From the NCBI GenBank assembly GCA_002633005.1, contig NMRA01000683.1, positions 62,001 through 126,000 on the forward strand: DNA of 64,000 nt. The letters run 5' to 3'. This document shows positions 27,301 to 39,300 of the stretch, one piece after another; position 1 is the stretch's first letter, and each line of letters begins with the position of its first letter. Source of the DNA: Phoronis australis. Its lineage: Eukaryota; Animalia; Phoronida. A program made the position numbers and the translations under genes. The notes beneath the pieces are model-generated. The model was not told the DNA's origin and searched no databases. It was given only the letters and a program-made list of their open reading frames with translations.

Positions 27301-30300
27301 AATTATGATTTTGAAATGTGTAAAAAGCGCAGACATATCCATTGGGGCAGGTCGTGCATGGTCGACGGGGTCCTGGGGTATGGGGGTCTACTTTGTCGAA
27401 TGGGTTTAAGAACAATCCGACAAAAGGTGCCCAAATTGAGACAAGTTTCAGCGGTAGCGTCCTCCATTTACAAACTGCATGAGCATTTCAGATATCTAAT
27501 AACACACTCGAGTTGTACATGTATAGATCCTGGTGTGTACGCTACCGTGACTTGTGTTTGTCTTGTCACCGTGTAACTAACTGTGCTTTATACCCAACCA
27601 AGAGTATTCTCACCTTTGAACTGAGTAAAACGGTGGATGTTTCCTCCGCATCATATCGAGATTAAACCTTTACCCAAAATAGTAATTGCATTTTGTCCTG
27701 GATATTTAGCGTTTTGACATTTTCTTTCAGTATCATTACGATTTCCAGTACCTACAGTGCCCTCTTTCGTGTGCTACACTATACGATTCAACGAAGAATT
27801 GTTCATTTAAGCCGTTGCACGCACTCAACGTAAGTTAAAACCAAGTGGTTATGAAGTAGTTATCCGCAATATTACTGAACGTTAACGTCTTATAACGATC
27901 AATCCTAGTACAGTATCAGAATTTGCACCAATAGGCACAAAGCATTTCAACTAACTGGGAAGGAAAGGTAACACAAACTGATGTTTGAATTTTTCATTAG
28001 ACGCCAAATTCTCGGAGAGTATTCAACTATGTCGAAACACGCGATCTGCGTACCTACAGTATAGTTAATCTTTTTCAGTGGGCAGCTTGGTCTCACTTTT
28101 CGAATCCGATTTTTGTGTGTCCCACTAATCTCGATACAGCAAGCCACAGTACTGTATATGTTCTGTGACATTATTGATTAAAAACTGAATGGCACTTATT
28201 TTAAAGTAAAACAATCAGAAAAGAAAGAAACGGACTTTCGATAAAAACAGTGTTGATCTCTGACCAAACATATACAAAGTCGTCCCTTGAGGATTGATAG
28301 GAAGGGTGGGAATACGTTGTTTTAAATTTCAAATATCAAAAGTGTTCGACTGTTTGTTTCAGCACATGGTCAAGTTTAACCGTGTCGACTGCCTTTCACA
28401 TCCGGTCAGTGTACAATACCTAGACATGAAATGGTGAGATTTTATATGTCTGATAGCGAAATATGTTTACGGACTAAAATTCATGTTTTCGTTTGAGGCA
28501 GGTAACGCGCACTCTCAAACAGTTCTTAATATTTTATTTGTTACAGCTTAAACTAACGTTGCTAAAGCTGCCATATATAGTGTATGTAACCTGCTCATAC
28601 AGCCCCTATCATAAATTTGTAACAGTTAGAAAGCTGACTGCCATTAAATAACGTTTTTCTCCGCCTGAATGATATTTAGCTAAAGCCTTGGTTTGTTACC
28701 TACACAAAAGAATGGCATGTAATGATCTGTTGGTTTATATACTGAAGTTGACACTTTTATTTAGGTGGGCCTACGGAGTTTGGTTTCATGGACTCAACCT
28801 CATCCAGTACCTAGTGTTCTTGATCCTCCTAACCGTCTCCATGGTAAACAACCGCGGCAAACCGTGCGTATACTCGTGCCTGTATCACGACAACAATCCA
28901 AACATGACAAGCACGGCGCACAACTTGTGTGATGGCAAGGTACATGCAACGTCTCACTTCTTTTGTTGATTGTGATAGCTATGTGTATATATGTTACCTG
29001 AAGGGTTTGTCACCTCGACAATGTACCTAGTTGGTTCAAATGCAAAGGAAGATTTACCGTCAATTTCAAGTTTTTATCGTAAGATGTCCTGGGATCACGG
29101 CCAGATAAAAAGGTACAACTTGGTCAGATCAGTGCCAAGTTATCCGTTAAGCTTATTGCAAATAAGCTACAGCTTAGGGGCCCCTCACAAAATAAGGACT
29201 CCTCCTTGTGTCCATAGCGGACCCTCGGAAATTATATGGGGGGTGGTTGAATACTGTGGTATTCCAGGAGTAGCTTAGTGCTCAAAAATTGTGGTGACGG
29301 GGCTCTGCAGCTCAAAGTTTTAGGTCGGCATTTTATGGCATAGGGACCCCGTGAAACCTTAAACCGACATTATGCTACAAGAATACTTAAGCCAAAGTAC
29401 CATATCCCATCATTTGGGGCTCCTGTTGTTCCCAGATTGATACTCATTTTACGAAGCAGACGCCGTAGCTGTTCTATCTTTATGGTGACACTCTTCACCC
29501 CCATGATAAAATTCTAATTGCGTCCATGACCGATTGTATGTGCCCTTTGGTGATTAGCCTGGGCTGCGATCCATGCGACACGATTATTGCAGGAAATACA
29601 AAAACCACGTTAAGTCGCGCAACAGAAAGGCGATTGACTCGCCAGTAACTTGAAATTTTGCTCGACGTGTAAATGCCCGACAGTGAAATGGCTGGTTGAC
29701 GAAGGTTAAATCTAAAGTAATGGGAGTTCATTTAAGCTGTAAGTAACCACAATCGACATTTCCCGCTTAAAATACTTTGGGAGTGTCCTTCGTTTCTGGA
29801 ACGTGACCCTGCGTCCTTTCTTTTGAGAGTACGACTGTAATTTCAATACTTGGCCATGTGAGTAAAAATTCTACTTGTAGGTAACCGTGATGGACCGAAT
29901 CCTCTTCATCGTGCTGTCCGCATTCTGCTCCGTGAATATCGTCAAAGAGTTCCTTCAGATGTTCCAGCAAAAGTTGAGATACTTCCTTGACGTGATCAAC
30001 CTAATAGACTGGTCGCTGCTCATTACGACGGGCATATACCTGGTTCCGGGCCTATTCCACCTGTCTGGGGTCATATGCTTCAATCTACAATGGGAGGCGG
30101 GTGCACTGGCTGTGTTCCTGGCGTGGTTCAATCTGCTCTTATTTATGCAGAGGCAAGTTAACCTACTCCTCCGAAAAGAGCCCATCCATTGATTAGTGAA
30201 TATGGTTTAGACACAAGATGAAGCGCCCCATTGCTAAAATGGAAATGCGATCATACATTTACCTTTCCATGTTAACTTGGACGCAGTAAATTGAATAAAT

Positions 30301-33300
30301 GTTATGTCCACTATTTGACCACTAGCACGAGTCTAAAACCACACAACACTTTTAACCACGACAGTTTGTTGTTTTTCCATTAGTCGGCAAACAAACGCCG
30401 CATTAGGAGCGCTAACTGCTATTGCATGGTTGGATTTGGTGTTTTACCTCTGCTATCATGCGGTTTTGCATCTGATTTCGTACTTGTAGAAAACAACCCT
30501 TGCTGTTTCAGATGGGAGATGTTCGGGATATACATCGTGATGTTCCTCGAAATTCTGCGGACGTTGCTTCACGTTGTCGTCGTATTCTCTATAGTCATAT
30601 TTGCATTCGGGTTTGCGTTCTACTTGCTTCTTGCTAATGAGGTAAGCCTTGGCAATGTCTGGTAATTTAATAGATAACCGTGAGTGATGAACAGCACTTG
30701 GTGACATTACGTGGTTAATGATTGGACGTACAGGAATCAGCTTTGTCTTTTTGGCAAACACTAAGCAGAAATGCATCTTCAATTTAACAACTGCAGCAAC
30801 GTGTCACAAAATCATTGCATAATGTTTTGAGGAATGACGTACAAATGAATGAAATGTCACAAGACGACAATATCCGTTCTGCTCCTAGGTCTCCTAGGTT
30901 GATGTGATTCTTGTATGGCGTGGCTAAAAGAACTGTTTCACGTTTCCTTACAACGTGCATTTATCACTGCAGGCTAACGGAGCATACAGTACGGCACCCT
31001 TGTCCGTCTTTACCACCATTATAATGATGCTGGGTGAAATGAACGTCAGAGACTCCATCATCATCCCCTTTGTGGACAATGACCCCAACAACCTCCACTT
31101 CTCTGCGATGACGTTTACTCTCCTGACAGTGTTCATCCTGTTCATGCCGATCCTATTGATGAACTTGTTGGTAATAAAGCCACTCACTCATTTGCGGCCG
31201 AACTGCTGCATTCCTTCCCACGACCAGTCACGTTGTTAGGCCACAAGCTGTTCTAAATTGTCAGATTGGGACAAGTTGTTCAGACCTAATAAGCACAAAC
31301 TGTCATGAATTTTCGTTGTTGCAATAATTCGTGGCTTGTCAGGTTGCAAAAACTCTCGTTACCCTCAAACCACGTGTCATCGCAAAATAATCAAAACCCA
31401 TCAAACACAAAGTGACAGGTTGTACAAGCCTCCGCAGGGTTGAGGGACTCAGAGAACTTCAGTGCGACAGTTTAGGCAAGGTATATACGAACTGTTGCTC
31501 TTTGAAGGTTACAAGAGTTTGTGCAACCAAACAGACCAATAAAAATTGCGATAGTTTTTACCTGGAAGTTCTTTACAAACTGTCGCTCCCCTTGATTTTG
31601 AGGATTGCGACAGTTTGTTCAGTTGCTAATCAGATTGTGTGATGCATCCTCTTATTAGAAAAAAATTGGTCCTTAAATATACTGTTTCTTCACATGCGAC
31701 GTTATGTATATCTTACGACTTTTGGAGATTTTCTTGCGCTCTCCCGTGTACGAGTTCGTGTCTAACTTTTTAGCGCGCAAAAATGGTCTAAACACTACTA
31801 TTGGTCGTACGCGATAGTCTTATACGAAAAAAATTGAGTGTGTAGACAGGGCATTTCATTCCAACCTACGATCGAGATCGCGTGCGACAATCAGAGCTTT
31901 GATTTTAGTCGATTTTCGTATACGACAATCGACTAACTTCACCAATAACTATATTAACGATACCGGTGAACTTACATGTATCTCTATCGATAAAACTGTT
32001 GTCTTTAACGATGAATGTACACTGTCGAAACACTGTTCACATTTACCGATTGTCATATACAATGATCGGTAATCTGTATTGTTAAAAGCGACGGCAACCT
32101 TTTTTCATGTCACTTTTAGCAAAAATAAGGTCTGTTGATTATCCCAGATATATGTATTTTCACTTAATTACAGCTTTTCGTAATTTAATTAATTTCTCGT
32201 CCTCTACTCCGGAAGTGACGTTTTGGGAGGCAAGAATTTCGCGCCAATTTCTATTCATACAGTCACATTGTGAGAGCTGTCAAGCAGTCATTGTTCTACC
32301 TCGGATGTGATAAGTTCGGTCGTCGTTTGCTTTTGTTTACAAGTCAGTCAACATGCCACGCTGTTACTTTTCTTGTCGAAAGACATACATGTACTAACTA
32401 TGTTGTATAGTTATAAAGTAGAAGGAAGAGTAAGTCCATTTATAGTAGCACTACATGTATGTACCATTTTTATTGACAGTCAGTAACTTTGTCGACAGGT
32501 TTGTTAAGTATATGGATAAAGTTAACAAGTCCACCGACGGAGATAATAAATCTATCGAAAGAATTAGGTCGGCCTTCGGTAGAGCTTTGTTGTGAGAGAG
32601 AAACCCCGCGTTGATCTTTTCCAGCCACCGTACGCATGCACTTTCCAGTATTTCACACCAATCTGGCTGTAGTTTAATCGAGGTATACGGATGCTACAGC
32701 TGATCTGGGCCACTTTTAGCAGAAAATTATTTGGGAACATTTATGGCCAAATAAGTTCACCATAAGATCATGGGCGGCACACCATAGGGGGCTGAGGGGA
32801 ATATAGCCCCACTTTTCTCAGTGGTACGCTGCCCATGGTCTACAGACCGTGCACCGCAGGGAGGCTGGAGGACTTTAGCCCCCCACTTTTTTCAGTGCTG
32901 GGCCGCCCATGAAGATGTGATTTCGAAAAATTTTTCTTAACCTTGATTGCTACAAGTTTTCCTTAGCGACAACAGCTGTCCTTAGAGGTCAAAAAGAGCA
33001 GCTGGTAAAAATATCGGATGTTGTACATATTTCCAGGGATACACATCCTAGTACAGTTGAAGCAAGCATCTTCTTGCATAGGCCATTCACGTAATTTGCA
33101 AAATGTCATCCATTTCTCTCCTTGAAAAACAAGGGTTCTTGGACAGGAGTTATCTTGTGTCATCATAGAACATTAAACAGAGGTTATTAAACGGGACATG
33201 TTAGACAATGTCTATGCATCCTCCATAAAGCATTTGAATGAAACCATCACACTTGTAATTTATACCTTGATTGTAGATCGGTCTCGCTGTCGGCGACATC

Positions 33301-36300
33301 GAAAGTGTTAAAAGCAACGCCCGGTTGAAACGTCTGGCGATGCAGGTAGGTCAAAATATCGATAAAAGTCCAACACAGAATTAATGCGTTTGTCCAAAAC
33401 AGTAAAATGATTATGCTAACAGTTCGCTGGTATCGCCCCAGTCATACTACTGTGGTTATCACTGCTGTTTACAATGATCAGTTTCAACTGCTTTAAGTTT
33501 GAGGAAGGAGTGACAACGAAGGGAGAGTGGCAAAATTGTGCGAGGACAATTTGCGATTTTAATTACCAAATGATGTCCGTTTGTTTAGTTTTTAAAATCT
33601 ATAGTTAACGTAAATTCATGTAATTTATTCAGTTTAAGTGGTTGCCACTTTGGAATTCCAACGGAGAAAGTAGTACTGTTTTGGTCACGTGACGATGATT
33701 ATCTTTATTGTCACGTGACCGTACAATATCCCTTTAGGTTGTTGCACGGACACGTTAGACGGTTGTTGCACGGCTGTATCAAGACGTGTGTGGTATAATG
33801 TAACATAATTTCATAACCCAAGCATGTCTTGTTCAAAAACTATCAATTCATCGAGTTTGATAATTTGTGGAAACGGTGTCTACAGATTGTCGTTCAACAA
33901 CTAAATTACATCCTTCTTTTACATGAAAACCATTTATGAACCAAATATAAACCCACTTGAGTTATGATTTAATTATGCTGATATAAATGGGAACAGAGAT
34001 CTTTTCAGACGTACTATATGTCACGTCACGGGACCAACGTGTTGAAATATTCCCTGATGAGTTGTTGGTTACAGTTTCAAAGGTATAAATAAATATAATA
34101 AAACAATAATAACCAGTCTTCCTAAAGTAGCCCTAAAATGTAACTATGGAAAGTTCGGTGTTAGACTGTGTCTTTTTCAAAGGTCTTTTGATTTGTGAGG
34201 CAATGATGGCAACGGCTCCATAATAAAACCAAAGACAAGGAAAACAAAGTCAATGCAACATTGATGATGCCTCAGTAAAAGTGCTGCGTTAACAGGCATT
34301 TGCTATGTGTCCACCAAACAAAGCCACATCAAACGTTTTAGACGAAACTATATTTTCAGTCAATAACACTGATAGCATGGTCGTGGCCTGCACAAAGGTA
34401 CCTAGGTAAAGATGAAATGGCAAAGTATAAACTGGAATAAAGCAAGTTCGCGTGGATGATTATGTACTGTGAATCTAATGAAAATTGGGCAGTGGTTCAA
34501 CCCTATCTCCAGTTTAGTGCTGAAATCCACCCAGGGGAGTAGCTAGGGATTTCTGCTGCCCGGCTCAGATCATAGCGTTGGCGTCCCACATCTAGCAACC
34601 ATCTCCACACCAACTTGTCAGACAACCCCGTAGCCGTAGCTACATATATGTGTATGTCAACGTTGCCCCCGCTCACCAATCAATTCCCATCTATACCCGC
34701 TGATCCACCTGAGCTATTTTAAGATATTGACTTATTGAATAGAAAAATTGGACTGGGGTTGCCAAACAATATCCCAGGAAATCCATAGATTCATAAAAGT
34801 CTTATTTTCAGCCGGTCAACGTTAAATTCAGGATGAGAATTTGCTCATGGAAACAATGCTGTTCGCTTACTTGTCCTTAGAGCAAAAATAACCAAAACCT
34901 GACAACCAAAATGGTATACAGAAATAGAGTTAAAAAGTTGATAATAACTTAGTGGTGGCATAAACTAACTTTCATTGAACAATAATCTGTTGATACACAG
35001 TCGGTGAAATTTGGTAGCCGGCAATGTAATGATATTTTAGGAGACCGCACTGGAATTTGTCGGGTCTGTCATGCCAACGAAAGCTTTTTGCAAAATCAAG
35101 AACAGGAGTGTTGACACTGTAGTCGTAAGTTTTCTGACTAACTCAGTTGCAGAGCACTTGGATGTTCTCAAAGCAGTCGCGAGGGAGCATCCCGGTTACC
35201 TTCACAACTCAAAAGACGACAAGGTGATCCAATAGATCTGAAGAACCTTGTGATAAGCTGAGAACATACCGAAATTCATACTGTTTAGGGAATGCAGGGC
35301 TAAGCGTAGATGCGGCCAGTGCAATTGACGGGGTTGTCGACTTATTTTGCCAAGAAATCGCTAGGTTATCGTGAAATGTACCGAAAGAGTCTCAGTTGGT
35401 GATATTATGAACAAAAAAATGAAGCATTGAAGGCAGGATTACTACATCTCTCAAAACTCAGTCAAGCAGGCAACCGAAAATACACTGCAAATTCTCGCGG
35501 CCAGGCCCGTGATATCTCGGGATCCAAAGTTTTACACTAGTGGCCATGGGTCACGTGCGGGAGTTGGCATTCCAGTTGCTCCAGTTCCGTTGTTGATTTG
35601 CACACAAACACGATGACAACATTTACAGTTGTGATAAAACATCAAGGAAATCATCAGTTTGTTATTGTTTTGCAAATAGGTGGAGCTGCACACTGAGCTA
35701 GAAAGTAACCTCCCTATGCGACTTCTGAAGTGGGTTGACAAAACAGAGATTAAAACTTACCCCAACTGTAAAGGTTACTTGTTGTCGCAGGTAAGTAAAA
35801 AGTTCACAGCTTCATGCAACGGATATTTTCTTAAGTAGGGGTATAGAGAGAGGTGAGTTAGAGAGTGAGGGGATAGAGAGAGAGAGANNNNNNNNNNNNN
35901 NNNNNNNNNNNNNNNNNNNNNNNNNNNNNNNNNNNNNNNNNNNNNNNNNNNNNNNNNNNNNNNNNNNNNNNNNNNNNNNNNNNNNNNNNNNNNNNNNNNN
36001 NNNNNNNNNNNNNNNNNNNNNNNNNNNNNNNNNNNNNNNNNNNNNNNNNNNNNNNNNNNNNNNNNNNNNNNNNNNNNNNNNNNNNNNNNNNNNNNNNNNN
36101 NNNNNNNNNNNNNNNNNNNNNNNNNNNNNNAGTGAGGAGATAGAGAGAGGTTAGGTACAGAGTGGGGAGATGGAGAGAGGGGTATGGAGAGAGGTGAGGT
36201 AGAGAGTGGGGGATAGAGGGAGGGGAGATTCGGGGATATAGAGACGGGAAATAGAGAGAGGGGGTAAGGCAGTCTAAGCTGAAAACACCGAACGTTCACA

Positions 36301-39300
36301 GCAAGAGCTCAGTTTACAAGATAAGCTTTTTCTCACCAATTAGAAATACCGGATGTAGCAAAGCCTGTCTGCCAGTTTACCACAGACCTAGACATAGAAT
36401 ACTTACCAAGCACATACCTATGTGTATGATGTGGAAAGTGTCAATTTAATTAATTGCATTTCAACAACACTTATTTAAATTTGATCTTTTTTTAGAAAAC
36501 AATGAAACGACTACAAACAACCGTCGTCATTCAATACATCTAATATGTAACAAATGTTCTCTTCATTCTAGTTATCCCCAAATAATACCTCTTCACCAAC
36601 CTTAACACTGAAAATTATAGTATTTCTTCTTCATCGAGTTTAATAAAAGCATACAGGAAATGGAAAATGTCCTTCCAAAAACAATTACTAGTTTTGGGTA
36701 GCAGCATGCTTATGGAAACAGATCTAAAATGTAGAACGGTTCAGCGATTTTAAATCAGTGCGTAAAAAGAGTTTAAACCGTGCACTCAAATCTTTGGCAG
36801 AAACTGTGGCTTTTTCATTTTGCGTGTAATCAAAAAATTCAAGACAGTTTTAAGGCAATCAAAATACAAATTAGTACAGTTCATCATATATTTTGAACAA
36901 TGAACTTGGCCCCCATTTTCTAAAAAATCGACTTGGCCTAAGGTAGAGAACACTGTAGAACGATACAAATACAAGCATTAAGTAAGTATCAGCCCAAATC
37001 TGGTTAGCAAAACAAAACTTCGAAGTAAAACTGTCAGGAAATGCGGGTTTGTTGTTTTCGTTTTATTAGAATAATCAAGTAGAACTTAATCATATGTAAT
37101 ACCTTCTTCCCAAGAATTTCTTAAATCTACAAGTTGTGATGAATCGGGATTTTCTTAGTGCATCTAATCTTGAAACATCTTATCATCATTTGATGAATAA
37201 AGATTTGAGTAGATTATTTTTTAGTTCCTGCAGAATTACTTCTCGATTGTTGATCAATGTGCCCTCATCATTCATTAACATTGAAATGTTTTCATTAACG
37301 GGCTTCCTTTTTCTACATTACCTAAATGTTTAGTTGATTTCCACCGCTCTCCATTCAGCGAACACGGCATCTCATTAAACATTAGAGAATTCACAATTTG
37401 GACAAAATGGAGGACAGTGTTGCTTAATTTTTCCTAGACATTTTCTTTCTCTTTTATTCTCTGTGTTTTAACAGAACTGTGTGGCAGAGTAAAGGATCTA
37501 ATATCCACTGCGAACATGCACGTAAAGGATCGCCAATACTATTTCCATTTTCAATTTTAGCGCCTTTAATAATAGCCTTAACTTGTACTATACTTTTACA
37601 TGTACGTGCTTCTTGAATAAAAAGCCTCAGTGGAACTCACCTGTTTACAGACTTTCCAAAAAGTGATGAAAACAGATGTCAAGACACCAGAGGAAGATCA
37701 TGAAGAAAGTGATTCCAACCAGTACATGTATGAGGAGTTGCTTAAACAGAAACAAAGGTTCGGGTCACGAGGCTGGTCTGCTTAAATTTGTGGATTTTTT
37801 GTAAAGCCCTTCGACCCCCCACACCCCTCGACTCCTTCAACCCTCGATCCTCTCGGCCTACAACACTCACGACCCAAAATCCTCTTGACCCACGACCTGT
37901 GCAATTGATGTATCTCTGCGCTGTTTGCACATTTCATACTCATATTGCGTCTTGACTTTCTCAAGACTTACCTACACGCGAATCTGCTCTGGTTCGAGTC
38001 TGAAAGTTAAAAATAGAAAGTGGCGGAAACAAATGATCTGAAAAAGCGAATTGTGAGCGTGCTATCGTTGTCACGGAAAGAGTTCCACGAGCGGCTACGA
38101 ACGGCCCCGTGAACGTGAATGAACATAATATCACATGTTTATTACTTGTTTTCTGTTGTATACTTGTTTGCAATATACCTGTACTCCATGTAACGTTGAG
38201 ATACTGTTTTAGCTAGCAGTTTAGTTTTTCAAACGGATGAAAATTACATTTTTGTCGGTTCCTCGATCTCTGTCACCAAAATAGCTCGAATCTGCTATTC
38301 CATTACAGCGTCCTGTCGTTCATTAACTTTTCCAGACGTGAGGGGTGCTAAACGTGCAGTAATATCTGGCTTAACTTATCTTTCATTTTTATCAGCCCAC
38401 CCCAGTCAAGCTAGATACAATCTGATCGGAGATTAGAGCAATTATCAAACAAAAGAGCGCAGGCCCTCCAACCATCATCTCCAGAATGGAGTGAATTGGC
38501 TACGAGGGGTAAATTTACCAACTTGTTGTTGGGCTATACAATCGAACAAGTTGGGAGCAACGGGATGTCGCCGTCATGCCCTGAAGAACAGACGGGACAA
38601 TTACACTCTGCCACTGACGACATTTGTAACGTTTAAAGGACTTTGGTTTGATTTTGTCGCGTTTTTTTCTGTTTTTGGCTTTCAAACTTGCGGAATCGAT
38701 TCTCTTTATTACAAAAAGAAAGGTCAGCCGAGCTCATGGCCCGACTCGTTGGTCCTGCAAGTCAGCGCTTGTTATATGACGAGGTCAACTGGGTCGAGGT
38801 AGTTGTGGGTCGCGGGTCGAGGGGGTTGTGGGTCGTGGGTTGAGGGGCCGGGGTCATGGGGTGAGGGGGTCGATGGGCTTTAGAACAGCCCTACATTTGT
38901 TTGTATAAACCTTTTATTTGCATTTCGTGATCCATAGTAAAACGATGATGCTATATGCTAACCAGTTGTTTACAGGTAAAAACATGCATTAATTTTGTAA
39001 CGAAGAGCAGCAATCGTGGAGCGTATTTTGTAACAAACAAGGCGAGATGGCCTCATGTGCACACCCAGAGGCTACAGCAGATGCAGTGACATTGTAGCAT
39101 AGCAGTAGAACGCACGTTGTGAACACAGTGCAAAAGTCTTCTTGCGCGGGGCAACATGATTAAGCACTTCAGATAATTTATGGGAGTCATTGATGTCAAC
39201 ATCTCTGTAAATCCTTCTCGTAATCACTGTTATCCGTGCCTTGATTTCTGGTTAATGGTTTTTCAGGGTTAAAGATTTAGCTTCAGCTATGGATAAGCAA

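Noticed and set aside
35775-36299. Long ORFs spanning N runs (also 59817-60482)
   Set aside because: Artefacts of assembly gaps and low-complexity sequence
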